Positions 17,319-27,435 of a DNA stretch of 64,000 nucleotides are shown in pieces. The position numbers and the translations under genes are program-made. The notes beneath the pieces were generated by a model. It worked only from the letters and a program-made list of their open reading frames with translations, ran no database searches and was not told where the DNA came from. Every line of letters starts with the position of its first letter. Positions within the stretch are counted from its first letter, which is position 1. The stretch is from an uncultured archaeon (lineage in GTDB: Archaea; Altiarchaeota; Altiarchaeia; JAFGQM01), in the NCBI GenBank assembly GCA_964540655.1, contig CAZINR010000001.1:5067-69066 (forward strand). The letters run 5' to 3'.

Positions 17319-19478
17319 CTATATGAGCAGCTCTTCCAGCCCCTTCTCCCAGAGCTCTCTGGCCTCGTCGAGTTCTACGGAGAACTTCCCATAGGAGAGC
17401 TTGACTCCTCCGACCTCGCCGATTGCCTGGGCCTTGATGCCGGCATCTTCTGCGGCCTCCAGGACGCTCTCAGCCTCTTTTGCCGTAACCACGAAACGGG
17501 CGTTGGATTCCGAGAAGAGCCTCTCAGCATCGCTGATTTTCTCGCCCATCTTCGAGACGTCGGCGTGGAAGCCTACGTCTCCCCGGAACGCCATCAGCGC
17601 GAGGCCGACGGCCAGCCCGCCCTTGGACAAATCATGAGCCGCGTTGATTTTTTTGTTTTTGATTAATGAGATGACAAGACCGTTCGTCTTCTTCTCCGTT
17701 TTGAAATCCACCTTCGGCGCGTCGCCCAGGTCGGCCTTTGTTTCCCCTATCAGGACAATTGCATCGCCCTCGTCCTTGAGGCCCATGGTCGTGAGGTTCT
17801 CCATCCGCAGCTTGCCCAGGACCGTCACGATTGGCGACGGCTCTATGGGCTCGCCGTCCGACTCGTTGTAGAAGCTGACGTTGCCCGAGACCACGGGGAT
17901 TTTGTAAGATTCCAGCCCCTCGGCCAGCCCCTCGACGGCCACCTTGAACTGCCAGAAGGCCTTGGGCTTCTCTGGGTTGCCGAAGTTCAGGCAGTCCACC
18001 GCCGCCAGCGGCTCCGCACCCATAGCGGTTATGTTCCTCACCGCCTCCGCGAGCGCCTCTTTGGCCCCCTCGCGCGGGTCTATCGAGCAGTGGGCGGAAT
18101 TGCAGCCTATGCCTAGAGCCGCCCCTTCCTTGTCGGTTATCCTGAGCACCGCTCCGTCCTGGCCCGGTTTGACTGCCGTTCTGGTCTGCACCTCGTGGTC
18201 GTACTGCCGATATATCCAACGCTTCGAGGCGATGTTCGGCTCCTTCAGGAGCTTCAGGAAGAAGTCTCGCATATCCGAGACTTTCGGCTTCTCGACCTTC
18301 GGCCGTTCCTTAGGTTCGAATTCCCTGTCGAACAGGGGACCATCGGTGAGCATGTGAGTCGGCAGGTCGACCATGGGCTTGCCCTTCCGGGTTATCACAT
18401 ACCTTCCGTCGTCCGTTACCACTCCCACGCGTGAATGCAGGACGTCCCATTTGTCGAGGATTCTCTCAACCTCTTCTTCTCGCCCCTTCTTGACTATCAG
18501 CATCATGCGCTCTTGAGTCTCCGACAGCAGAATCTCCCACGGCTCCATGCCCGCTTCCCTCAGCGGAATCTTCTCTAGCTTTATTCGCGCCCCCATGCCG
18601 CCCTTGTGGACGATTTCGGAAGTCGCGCAGGTGAAGCCCCCGCCGCCCAGGTCCTTGCAGCCCGCGTAGGCATCTGTGGTTCTGAAGATCTCCATGAACG
18701 AGTCAATCAGAAGCTTCTCGGAGAACGGATCTTCTATCTGGACCGCGGGTCTCGACTCCTCCTCGCTCTCGCTGCTCAGCTCCTCCGAGGCGAAGGTGAC
18801 GCCGTGTATCCCGTCCCTGCCCGTCTTGCTGCCGATGAGCATCATGGTGTCGCCGGCGTTGGGGGCTATGCCCCTCACGATGTTGCCCTGCTCAACCAGG
18901 CCCACGCAGACCACGTTGACCAGCGGGTTCTTGTTGAAGCTCTTGTGGAACTCCGCCTCGCCGCCTACAGTCGGCACGCCGATGCAGTTGCCGTAATCTG
19001 CGATACCTTTGATTATGTTCTCGAACAGATACTTGGACCGCTCGTGCTTCTTTATGTCCCCTAGCCTCAGCGGGTCCAGGCAGGCTATCGGCATCGCGCC
19101 CTTGGAGATTATGTCCCTGACTATGCCGCCTATTCCGGTCGCCGCCCCGGCCACGGGCTCGATGGCGGAGGGGTGGTTGTGCGATTCCATGCCTATGGCG
19201 ATGCCGTACTTGTCGTCGAATCTGACTATCCCGCAGTCGTCGCCCACGCCCATCAGGACGTTCTCGCCCTCGGTGGGGAAGAGCTTGAGGTATTTCCTGC
19301 TGGACTTGTAGGCGCAGTGCTCGGACCACATGACGTCTATCATCGCCCACTCCGTGGCATTCGGCTCCCTGCCGAGGCGCTTCCTCGCGAGGGCTATCTC
19401 CTCGTCGCTGAGCGCGACGTTCGGCCTTTCCTTCTTGCCCTCTTCACATCCCCAACAGGCCTTTTCTTCCTCGGTCAT
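17319..19478 (-). CDS. purL: Phosphoribosylformylglycinamidine synthase subunit PurL
   Basis: 719 aa; MWSEHCAYKSS motif and two AIRS-like domains; start overlaps the purQ stop. Confidence 0.9.
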   Translation of the reverse strand: MTEEEKACWGCEEGKKERPNVALSDEEIALARKRLGREPNATEWAMIDVMWSEHCAYKSSRKYLKLFPTEGENVLMGVGDDCGIVRFDDKYGIAIGMESHNHPSAIEPVAGAATGIGGIVRDIISKGAMPIACLDPLRLGDIKKHERSKYLFENIIKGIADYGNCIGVPTVGGEAEFHKSFNKNPLVNVVCVGLVEQGNIVRGIAPNAGDTMMLIGSKTGRDGIHGVTFASEELSSESEEESRPAVQIEDPFSEKLLIDSFMEIFRTTDAYAGCKDLGGGGFTCATSEIVHKGGMGARIKLEKIPLREAGMEPWEILLSETQERMMLIVKKGREEEVERILDKWDVLHSRVGVVTDDGRYVITRKGKPMVDLPTHMLTDGPLFDREFEPKERPKVEKPKVSDMRDFFLKLLKEPNIASKRWIYRQYDHEVQTRTAVKPGQDGAVLRITDKEGAALGIGCNSAHCSIDPREGAKEALAEAVRNITAMGAEPLAAVDCLNFGNPEKPKAFWQFKVAVEGLAEGLESYKIPVVSGNVSFYNESDGEPIEPSPIVTVLGKLRMENLTTMGLKDEGDAIVLIGETKADLGDAPKVDFKTEKKTNGLVISLIKNKKINAAHDLSKGGLAVGLALMAFRGDVGFHADVSKMGEKISDAERLFSESNARFVVTAKEAESVLEAAEDAGIKAQAIGEVGGVKLSYGKFSVELDEARELWEKGLEELLI

Positions 19479-20140
19479 CTTGATTCTATGTACTCCACCA
19501 TCGCCTCGAATATGCGTCGCCCGTCGGTACCGCCCAGCACCTTTTCGGATGCCCTCTCCGGGTGCGGCATGAGGCCCAGGACGTTGCCCTCTTCATTCAC
19601 CACTCCGGCTATGTCGTCCACCGAGCCGTTGGGGTTGTCGCGGTAGCGGAAGGCTATCTGGTCGTTGTCCTGCATCCTCTTGAGCGTCTTCTCATCGCAG
19701 TAATACCTCCCCTCTCCGTGGGCTACCGGCATGCGTATCTTCTCGTTCTTTTTGTATTTCTTGGTGAACACGCTGCTCTCGTTGGCCACATCCAGGTCGA
19801 CCCACTTGCAGATGAACTTGACGTTGGTGTTCCTTGTAAGCGCCCCCGGCAGCAGGCCGGAGTCGCACAACACCTGGAACCCGTTGCAGATGCCGAGAAC
19901 CGGCTTGCCCTCAGATGCCATGGCCTTGACCTGCTCCATGACCGGCATCTTGGCGGCTATCGCTCCCGCGCGCAGATGGTCTCCATAGGAGAACCCGCCC
20001 GGGACCACCAGCCCGTCCAGCCCAGACAAATCCTGGTTCTTGAAGAAGATTAGCTTGGCTTCGGTCCTGACTACGTCTGCCAGCGCGCGCATGACGTCCA
20101 TGTCGCAGTTGCTGCCCGGGAATTGAAGAACCCCTATCAT
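19475..20140 (-). CDS. purQ: Phosphoribosylformylglycinamidine synthase glutaminase subunit PurQ
   Basis: 221 aa; class I glutamine amidotransferase with GICNGFQ and HGEGR motifs. Confidence 0.9.
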   Translation of the reverse strand: MIGVLQFPGSNCDMDVMRALADVVRTEAKLIFFKNQDLSGLDGLVVPGGFSYGDHLRAGAIAAKMPVMEQVKAMASEGKPVLGICNGFQVLCDSGLLPGALTRNTNVKFICKWVDLDVANESSVFTKKYKKNEKIRMPVAHGEGRYYCDEKTLKRMQDNDQIAFRYRDNPNGSVDDIAGVVNEEGNVLGLMPHPERASEKVLGGTDGRRIFEAMVEYIESR

Positions 20141-20164
20141 TTGTTGAAACTCATTGGACCTATT

Positions 20165-20422
20165 TTATCCGACGGTTATCTTGTAGTCCTCGATGACCGG
20201 ATTGACCAGAATACGCCTGCACATCTCGTCCGCCTGCTTCTCCGCCTCTTTGGCCGACGGCGCATCCACCTTCATGAGGAAGACTCGCTTGGTGTCGAAC
20301 CCCGAGACGTTCTTGTAGCCCAGCAGGTTCAGGCTCCTCTCTATGGTCTTGGCCTCCGGGTTCAGCAGCCCGTCCTTCAGCTTCACAATTATCTCTACGT
20401 CCTGTTTCATCATTGCCCCCAA
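20165..20422 (-). CDS. purS: PurS subunit of FGAM synthase
   Basis: 85 aa; PurS fold signature (IIVKLKDGLLNPEAKTIE...LNPVIEDY). Confidence 0.8.
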   Translation of the reverse strand: MGAMMKQDVEIIVKLKDGLLNPEAKTIERSLNLLGYKNVSGFDTKRVFLMKVDAPSAKEAEKQADEMCRRILVNPVIEDYKITVG

Positions 20423-20470
20423 GGAGTTTAAGTTATTTTGACTATGTTAAAAAAGCAAACTTAAAGAGAG

Positions 20471-21811
20471 TCAGCTCAGCCTCTTCACGACTCTCTCGAC
20501 CTGCCCCACGGACGTCCCCACGTACCTCTCCGGGTCCATGGCCTCCTCGAGCTCTTTCTGCGAGAGCAGCTTCATGACCTCGGGGTCGTCCTCCAGGACG
20601 TCGATGAACAGCTCGCCCGTCTCGTAGACCCTCATGGCATTCTTGCGCACCAGCTCGTGTGCCTCCTGCCGGCCCATGCCCTTGTCCACAAGGGTCACCA
20701 TCAGCTTCTCAGCCATTATCAAACCGTGTGTGAAGTCCAGGTTCCTCTTGATGTTCTCTGGCTTGAACTCCAGGTTCCTGAGGACATCGATGCTCTTGAT
20801 GAGTATGTAGTCCGCGAGTATGCAGGCCTCTGGGATTATCACCCTCTCTGGCGAGGAGTTGGTCAAATCGCGCTCATGCCACAGCGGTATGTTGTCCATG
20901 GCCGCGAAGGCGTTGGCCTTGATTATGCGGCTTAAACCGCAGATGCGCTCGCACATTATGGGGTTGCGCTTGTGCGGCATGGTCGAAGAGCCGACCTGAT
21001 TGCCCTTCTTGAAGCCCTCGGCCACCTCGTCGATTTCAGTGCGCTGCAGGTTCCTGATTTCCGTGTTTATCTTGTTGAGAGTCTCGCCGATGAGCGCGAG
21101 GTTGAAGACGAACTCAGCATGGCGGTCGCGCTGAATGACTTGGTTGGAGACGTTGACAGACTCGAGCTCGAGATACTCCATCACCAGCTTTTGTATCTCC
21201 ATAGCCTTCGGCCCTAAGGCGGCCTGCGTCCCGACGGCCCCGGTCATCTGCCCCACGAGTATGCGCGGCTTGTACCCCTTGAGACGGTCGATGTGTCGCT
21301 GGACCTCCTCGGCGTAGATGGCGAACTTGAGGCCGTAGGTGGTCGGCACCGCGTGTTGCGCGTGCGTCCTGCCTATGCACACGGTCTTCTTGTGCTTGTC
21401 CGCGAGCTCCACGAGTATCTTCCGCAAATCGTACAGGTCCTGTTCAAGGAATTTGATGAAATCCCTGAGCTGGAGCGCGAGCGAGGTGTCCATGATGTCC
21501 GCGGACGTGGCGCCCAGATGGATGTATTTTCCGGCATCGCCCTCGCACTGCTCTGAGTAAGCCTTGACCATAGCCATCAAGTCGTGGTTTATCTGGGCCT
21601 CTATCTCCTTGACCCTCTTAACTGTGACATATTTAGTGGAGCATTTCCTCTCGACCTCTTTGGCCGCGGACTTGGGGATGTTGCCGACCTCTGAGTGCGC
21701 CTTCACCAGTGCGCACTCGACGTCCATGAGCCGCTGCAGCTTGTTCTCCTCGTCGAAGATGTCTTTAACCTCCTTCCGCCCATACCGGTTGTCTATAGGA
21801 TGTATCGCCAT
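20471..21811 (-). CDS. purB: Adenylosuccinate lyase
   Basis: 446 aa; fumarate-lyase family signature GSSTMPHKRNP and an ASL N-terminus. Confidence 0.9.
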   Translation of the reverse strand: MAIHPIDNRYGRKEVKDIFDEENKLQRLMDVECALVKAHSEVGNIPKSAAKEVERKCSTKYVTVKRVKEIEAQINHDLMAMVKAYSEQCEGDAGKYIHLGATSADIMDTSLALQLRDFIKFLEQDLYDLRKILVELADKHKKTVCIGRTHAQHAVPTTYGLKFAIYAEEVQRHIDRLKGYKPRILVGQMTGAVGTQAALGPKAMEIQKLVMEYLELESVNVSNQVIQRDRHAEFVFNLALIGETLNKINTEIRNLQRTEIDEVAEGFKKGNQVGSSTMPHKRNPIMCERICGLSRIIKANAFAAMDNIPLWHERDLTNSSPERVIIPEACILADYILIKSIDVLRNLEFKPENIKRNLDFTHGLIMAEKLMVTLVDKGMGRQEAHELVRKNAMRVYETGELFIDVLEDDPEVMKLLSQKELEEAMDPERYVGTSVGQVERVVKRLS

Positions 21812-21891
21812 TTTCCCCTTATCTCACCCGCATTATAATTAGAAGGGGAAGGGACTTAAAAAGAGACTTTAGGTTATTTTTAGAGGCGGAC

Positions 21892-22515
21892 TTATACACC
21901 CTTCTTTCTAGGCTTTCTTTTCCTTTTCAGCGGAGCCTTCAGGAGCTTCTCTATGGTGGTGTCTATCTCGCCGAGTTCCCTTTCCACCTCGCCTTCCCGC
22001 TTCTTGACCCAGCTAAGCTTCTTCCTGACTAAGGGGCTCTTCTTCTTGAAGCCTGAGAGCTTCCCCTCCAGCCGCTTCAGCTCTTGGTCTTCATTACTAA
22101 GCGCGTTCCTCACCTTGGACAAGCGGTTGACCTCTTTCATCCGCGACAGCTTGGCTCTCTCCAGCTCCTCTATCTCCTTTCTGGCTTCCCTGTCCATCTC
22201 GGCGATTCTCTTGGCCATCTCCCGCTCGGCCTCCCTCCGCTTTGCCTCGCTGCCCTTGATTGCAGATTCCACTCCCTTGGCATGCGCTACGGATTCGGGC
22301 TTGTGCGCGGTAGAGTAGTGTTCGTGAGCCCGGTGGAACCATTCCCTCCCCTTGCGTGTGCCTATAGTTATGAACGTGGCTTCCTCCCTCGCCCTCTTGC
22401 GTATCAGTTCGTTTATCTGCCTTGCGCTGGGGGCCTTTGCGCGGCTCTTGCGCGCGGTTGGATTGGTGTTCCGCTTTCTGGGTCTTCTCGGCATGATGCA
22501 ATATTCTAGGGACAA
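21892..22515 (-). CDS. Basic coiled-coil protein, hypothetical (first gene of the pur operon strand)
   Basis: 207 aa, Arg/Lys/Glu-rich with predicted coiled coil; possible start at the internal MPRRPRKR (22494). No recognisable family. Confidence 0.4.
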   Translation of the reverse strand: MSLEYCIMPRRPRKRNTNPTARKSRAKAPSARQINELIRKRAREEATFITIGTRKGREWFHRAHEHYSTAHKPESVAHAKGVESAIKGSEAKRREAEREMAKRIAEMDREARKEIEELERAKLSRMKEVNRLSKVRNALSNEDQELKRLEGKLSGFKKKSPLVRKKLSWVKKREGEVERELGEIDTTIEKLLKAPLKRKRKPRKKGV

Positions 22516-22553
22516 CCAATAAATGTTTATTACTGACCTTTCGTAATTATCCC

Positions 22554-23438
22554 ATGGACCCGAAGACCGCCGCCAAGAAAATCAAATCCATGGAAGTTCG
22601 CGGCGCGCTCAAGATCGCCCTGACTGCCGCGAGCGCACTCAAAGAATACGCTCAGAACTACAAGGGGACGGACTTCATCTCCGATTTCAAGAAGCAGGCC
22701 GAGCTGCTGAAGAAGGCCAGGCCGACGGCAGTGTCGCTTCCCAACACAGTCGACTATCTGACTTACCTGTCCCGCGAGTTCCCAAGGGAGCATCTCCCCA
22801 AGCTGATAGACACGTTCGTGGAGAAGCAGGAGACGGCGCTGGAGAAGATAGCCGTCATAGGGGCCAAGAGGATAAAGGACGGCGACACGATACTGACCCA
22901 TTGCAACTCCTCCACGGCTCTGGACGTAATAGCCGAGGCCGCCAAGACCAAGAATATAAAGGTCATCTGCACGGAGACCCGGCCGAGGAACCAGGGCTAC
23001 ATAACCGCCAAGTTCATGGCTAAAAAGAAGATACCCGTGACATTGGTAATAGACTCGGCAGTGAGGTACGCCATGGAGAAGTTCGATGTGGACAAGGTGG
23101 TGCTGGGAGCCGACACCGTCGCAGCCAACGGGGCAGTAGCCAACAAGATAGGCACCTCTCAGATAGCGCTAATAGCCAAGGAGACCAACGTCCCGGTGCT
23201 GGTCGCCTGCGAGACCCTGAAGTTCTCGCCGCAGACCTATGAGGGCGAGATGATAACCATCGAGGAGAGGGACCCCACCGAGATTCGCCCGACGCTAAAG
23301 GGTGTCAAGATGTGGAATCCGGCCTTCGATTTCACGCCGCCGGAATACGTGGACGCCATAATAACCGAGGATGGAATAATATCGCCTTACATGGCTTATG
23401 AAGTGCTGAAAGATAAGTTCGCATGGGAGATGGAATGA
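22554..23438 (+). CDS. Ribose-1,5-bisphosphate isomerase (eIF-2B alpha/beta/delta-like, e2b2)
   Basis: 294 aa eIF2B-like fold (ILTHCNSS...GADTVAANGAVANKIGT); heads an operon with type III RuBisCO and AMP phosphorylase. Confidence 0.8.
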   Translation: MDPKTAAKKIKSMEVRGALKIALTAASALKEYAQNYKGTDFISDFKKQAELLKKARPTAVSLPNTVDYLTYLSREFPREHLPKLIDTFVEKQETALEKIAVIGAKRIKDGDTILTHCNSSTALDVIAEAAKTKNIKVICTETRPRNQGYITAKFMAKKKIPVTLVIDSAVRYAMEKFDVDKVVLGADTVAANGAVANKIGTSQIALIAKETNVPVLVACETLKFSPQTYEGEMITIEERDPTEIRPTLKGVKMWNPAFDFTPPEYVDAIITEDGIISPYMAYEVLKDKFAWEME

Positions 23439-23962
23439 CTGACATAAAGACTCTCATAGGCCATTCGATAGACGCACTGGAGCAGAGGGACGCCCTCGCG
23501 CTCAGGACGGTCTCTGCGGAAGCTCTCTCTGAAGCGGCCATGGAGGGGCATCGCGAGCACATACTCCTGGCCTTGGTGGATTACGCACTCAGCAAGATAC
23601 TCTCCAAGACCCACTATCAGGACATCAAAGAGGCGTTCTATAAAAAAATTGAGCGCCATTTCAGGGATGCGCGCACCAGCGACAAGAAGGGCATGATAAG
23701 GCACCTGGAGAATATAGAGGACACGGTCATAAAGCTGGACGCGGCGGAGGGCCACTTCTCGGACAACGTCATGGACAAGGCCAGGATAAAGAAGGGCGCG
23801 AAGCTCTATGAGCAGGGACTTTCGCTGCGGAGGGCAGCGGAGCTGACGAGTGCTGACCCGGTCGCGGTGCTGCATTATGTGGGGCACAGCAAGATACACG
23901 AGTTCCGCGGTTCGGGCAGGAACGCTAAACGATTAAAAGCCGCGAAAGAGGTGTTCGGATGA
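23435..23962 (+). CDS. Alpha-helical protein of unknown function embedded in the AMP-salvage operon
   Basis: Start MTDIKTL with ATGA overlap on the e2b2 stop. About 175 aa, predicted all-alpha, no recognisable family. Confidence 0.5.
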   Translation: MTDIKTLIGHSIDALEQRDALALRTVSAEALSEAAMEGHREHILLALVDYALSKILSKTHYQDIKEAFYKKIERHFRDARTSDKKGMIRHLENIEDTVIKLDAAEGHFSDNVMDKARIKKGAKLYEQGLSLRRAAELTSADPVAVLHYVGHSKIHEFRGSGRNAKRLKAAKEVFG

Positions 23963-24621
23963 GAAAGAGGGTTATATGCGACTCGAGTTCGCTGATATCG
24001 ATGGCGATGAACTGCATGCTGCCGTTGATAGCGGAGCTCAGCCAGTCGGCGGACTTCATAATAACCAAGACAGTATACGACGAGATAATCACAAATCCCC
24101 AGCGCAGCAGGCATCACCGCATGGGGCCGCTCAAGTTCAAGGCTCTCCTGGACAACGGCATACTGAAGGTGGAGAGCGCCGACAGGAAAGAGGTCGGCGT
24201 CATCCTTGACATATCCAACAGCATCTATTATGCGCGTCACAATCCACTAACCATCATACAGAAAGGCGAAGCAGAGGCGCTGGCACTGGCCAACGACGGC
24301 GACGTCCTCCTGATGGACGAAAGGACCATGCGCCTTCTGATAGAGAACCCGCGGGATTTGAAGGGTCTGCTGCAGCACCGCATGCATAAAGGCGTAACCA
24401 TGGACAAGAAGCGGAGGGACATGTTCGAGCGGTACTGCAAAGGAGTCTCGGTCATACGCTCCAGCGAGATAGTCGCGGTGGCCTACGAGAAGGGAATATT
24501 GGAGAAGTACTTCTCCGGCCCGAAAAGAGAGCTACTGGAAGCCTGCCTCTGGGCTCTCAAGCACAAGGGGTGCTCACTCTCAGCAGAGGACATAAACGAA
24601 TACCTGAGGATGATGTCATAA
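23959..24621 (+). CDS. PIN-domain-like protein (putative nuclease fold) embedded in the AMP-salvage operon
   Basis: N-terminal VICDSSSLI, ITKTVYDEI, EAEALALANDGDVLLMDE pattern resembles PIN-domain acidic motifs; ATGA overlap upstream and 1 nt before the rbcL ATG. Confidence 0.45.
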   Translation: MRKRVICDSSSLISMAMNCMLPLIAELSQSADFIITKTVYDEIITNPQRSRHHRMGPLKFKALLDNGILKVESADRKEVGVILDISNSIYYARHNPLTIIQKGEAEALALANDGDVLLMDERTMRLLIENPRDLKGLLQHRMHKGVTMDKKRRDMFERYCKGVSVIRSSEIVAVAYEKGILEKYFSGPKRELLEACLWALKHKGCSLSAEDINEYLRMMS

Positions 24622-24622
24622 A

Positions 24623-25885
24623 ATGGCCTATGTAGACCTGAACTACAAACCGTCCAAGGACGACCTGATATGCAAGTACTATGTGGAACCGAACGGCATA
24701 CCTTTGAAGAAGGCGTGCGAGGAAATCGCTGCCGAGTCGAGCATCGGCACTTGGACCGATTTGACGACCCTGAAGCCCGAGACCAGGGAGCGGCTGCAGG
24801 CGAGGGTGTTCGAAATAGACCAGAAGAAGAAGACAGCGCTCATCGCCTATCCCCTGCCATTGTTCGAGCTGGGCAGCATGCCCGAGATACTCTCGAGCAT
24901 CGCCGGCAACATATTCGGCATGAAGGCCTTGAAGAACCTGAGGCTGCTGGACATCTCATTCCCCCTGAAGGCGGTCAAGTCCTTCAAGGGGCCGAAATTC
25001 GGGATACCGGGAGTGCGGGACGTCCTGAAGGTGTATGACCGTCCCCTGGTCGGAACCATAATAAAGCCGAAGGTCGGTCTGGACTACAAAAACCATGCGA
25101 GAGTAGCCTATGAAGCCTGGACCGGCGGCATGGACATAGTCAAGGACGACGAGAACCTGACCAGCCAGACCTTCAACCCGTTCAGGAAGAGGGTCAAGGA
25201 GACCCTGAAGCTGAGGGACGAGGCGGAGAAGGAGACGGGCGAGAGGAAGATGTACATGGCCAACGTCACCGCCGAGACCACCGAGATGATAAAGAGGGCG
25301 GAGTTCGTCAAGGAGCAGGGCGGCGAGTACGTCATGGTGGACATACTGACCTGCGGGTTTTCCGGCCTGCAGACACTGAGAGATGCCGATTTGGATCTTG
25401 TGCTGCATGCGCACAGGGCAGGCCATGCCATGCTGACGCGCAACAAGAAGCACGGCATGACCATGCTGACCCTGGCCAAGATTACCCGTTTGGTAGGGCT
25501 GGACCAGCTTCATATCGGGACCATAGTCGGCAAGATGCACGGCGGAAAGCAGGAGGTCATAGACATAGAAAGGTCTATACAGGACTCTTTCATCGAGGCG
25601 CACGGCGATGTCCTTGAGCAGGAGTGGTACGGAATGAAGCCGGTCTTCCCCGTCTGCTCCGGAGGGCTGCATCCCGGGCACGTCCCCTCGCTGGTCAAGT
25701 ATCTGGGGAGGGACATAATAATCCAAGCAGGCGGAGGATGCCACGGCCACCCGAAGGGCAGCTGCGCCGGTGCGGCTGCGATGCGGCAGGCGGTCGAGGC
25801 GGCCATGGAGGGCAGTTCGCTGAAGGAATATTCACAAAGTCATGAAGAGCTCAAAGCGGCTCTCAAGAAATGGGGTGAAGGATGA
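24623..25885 (+). CDS. rbcL: Ribulose-1,5-bisphosphate carboxylase/oxygenase, type III
   Basis: 420 aa; GGMDIVKDDENL, carbamylated-lysine region, GGGCHGHP loop; archaeal type III length. Confidence 0.9.
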   Translation: MAYVDLNYKPSKDDLICKYYVEPNGIPLKKACEEIAAESSIGTWTDLTTLKPETRERLQARVFEIDQKKKTALIAYPLPLFELGSMPEILSSIAGNIFGMKALKNLRLLDISFPLKAVKSFKGPKFGIPGVRDVLKVYDRPLVGTIIKPKVGLDYKNHARVAYEAWTGGMDIVKDDENLTSQTFNPFRKRVKETLKLRDEAEKETGERKMYMANVTAETTEMIKRAEFVKEQGGEYVMVDILTCGFSGLQTLRDADLDLVLHAHRAGHAMLTRNKKHGMTMLTLAKITRLVGLDQLHIGTIVGKMHGGKQEVIDIERSIQDSFIEAHGDVLEQEWYGMKPVFPVCSGGLHPGHVPSLVKYLGRDIIIQAGGGCHGHPKGSCAGAAAMRQAVEAAMEGSSLKEYSQSHEELKAALKKWGEG

Positions 25886-27435
25886 GCAGCAGACTGGACG
25901 ATGAGCGCATGGGACCGTTGAGCGAGAAGATAAATACGGCCCAACTGGGCGAAAGGCTGAAAGTAAAGATAATAGACATAGATGCTGGTCGGGCAATAGC
26001 CCTTATGCACGAGGACGATGCGCGCAGGCTTTCCATACACATGGGCGACAGGGCATTCCTCTGCAAGAAATCGGCCACATGCGGCGGAGTCGCAATAGTC
26101 GATGTCACGGACACTATGGTCAAGGAAGGGGAAATAGGCGTCTTCAACGATCTGGCGTCGGCGATGAAGCTGACCTCCAGATCTACGGTTTTCGTTTCAC
26201 CGCGAGAGAAGCCCGAATCGGTGTCATACATACGGAAGAAGATAGATGGCCAGGAGCTCTCCAGGAAAGAGATACATACAATCACCAAAGACATAGTCGA
26301 TGATAACCTCAGCGACATAGAGCTCACCTCCTTCGTAACAGCATCGGCCATACACGGCTTCAGCAAGAGAGAGACGGTCTCGCTTACGATGTCTATGGTC
26401 AATACGGGTGACAGACTCGATTTCAAGGGAACGGTAGTCGACAAGCATTGCATAGGCGGGGTCCCCGGCAACCGGACCACCATGATGATAGTCCCGATGC
26501 TGGCTGCTCTGGGCCTTAAGATACCCAAGACCTCCTCTAGGGCCATAACCTCCCCGTCGGGCACCGCAGACACCATGGAGGTCCTAGCACCGGTGAGCTA
26601 TGGGGCCAAGGACGTCAGGAGGTTCGTCAACAAAGTGGGCGGCTGCATAGTCTGGGGCGGCGCAATAAACCTGGCACCGGCCGACGACAAAATAATCCGG
26701 GTGGAATACCCCCTATCTATAGATTCGGAAGGTCAGGTCCTCGCGAGCATAATCTCCAAGAAGAAGAGCGTCGGCAGCGATTATGTCCTTCTGGACATAC
26801 CACACGGCGAAGGCGCAAAGATAGGGGATCGGAAGAGTGCGGATGAGCTGGGGCGCAAGTTCGTCGATCTGGCTGAGGAAGTGGGGATAGAGCTGCATTA
26901 TATACTGACTGACGGGACCCAACCGATAGGAAACGGGATAGGGCCCATACTGGAGGCGAGGGACGTCCTCGGCGCTCTCAATGGCGACGGACCGAAAGAC
27001 CTGGTCGAAAAGAGCGTAATGATGGTCGGCGAGCTGATGGAGTTCTGCGGAGCCGCCTCCAGGGGCGAGGGCAGGAAAGAGGCAAGGGTCTGCCTGGACG
27101 AGGGGGCTGCCAGGAAGAAGATGATGGAGATAATCAAGATACAAGGAGGCGACCCAAAAATCTGCTCTTCGGACTTAAAGCATGGCAAGTTCATGAAGCC
27201 CGTCGTCTCTAAGACGGGCGGCAGAGTCAAGCATATCGACAACATGTCCGTGGCCAAGATAGCGCGGACTGCCGGCTGCCCGAAAGATCCGGCTGCCGGG
27301 ATGCTGCTGGAGAAGAAGGTCGGGGACCGGGTGGACGCAGGTGAGATACTTTTCACAGTATATGCCGAGAACCCGACAAAGCTGAACTATGCGATGAAGC
27401 TTATCAAGAAGAGGAATCCCTTCACGCTTAAGTGA
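25882..27435 (+). CDS. deoA: AMP phosphorylase (thymidine phosphorylase family)
   Basis: 517 aa with the N-terminal extension typical of archaeal AMPpase plus glycosyl transferase family 3 motifs; ATGA overlap with rbcL. Confidence 0.85.
   Translation: MSSRLDDERMGPLSEKINTAQLGERLKVKIIDIDAGRAIALMHEDDARRLSIHMGDRAFLCKKSATCGGVAIVDVTDTMVKEGEIGVFNDLASAMKLTSRSTVFVSPREKPESVSYIRKKIDGQELSRKEIHTITKDIVDDNLSDIELTSFVTASAIHGFSKRETVSLTMSMVNTGDRLDFKGTVVDKHCIGGVPGNRTTMMIVPMLAALGLKIPKTSSRAITSPSGTADTMEVLAPVSYGAKDVRRFVNKVGGCIVWGGAINLAPADDKIIRVEYPLSIDSEGQVLASIISKKKSVGSDYVLLDIPHGEGAKIGDRKSADELGRKFVDLAEEVGIELHYILTDGTQPIGNGIGPILEARDVLGALNGDGPKDLVEKSVMMVGELMEFCGAASRGEGRKEARVCLDEGAARKKMMEIIKIQGGDPKICSSDLKHGKFMKPVVSKTGGRVKHIDNMSVAKIARTAGCPKDPAAGMLLEKKVGDRVDAGEILFTVYAENPTKLNYAMKLIKKRNPFTLK

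Noticed and set aside
17632-18219. 195-aa Gly/Arg-rich minus ORF within purL
   Set aside because: Out-of-frame overlap with purL; composition typical of a GC-rich alternative frame.
17319-19478. Possible N-terminal over-extension of purL (MTEEEKACWGCEEGKK...)
   Set aside because: The ATG overlaps the purQ stop in the usual ATGA coupling arrangement and no better downstream start is obvious, so the full ORF was kept.
24956-25750. 264-aa minus ORF antisense to rbcL
   Set aside because: Antisense to type III RuBisCO with diagnostic motifs on the plus strand.
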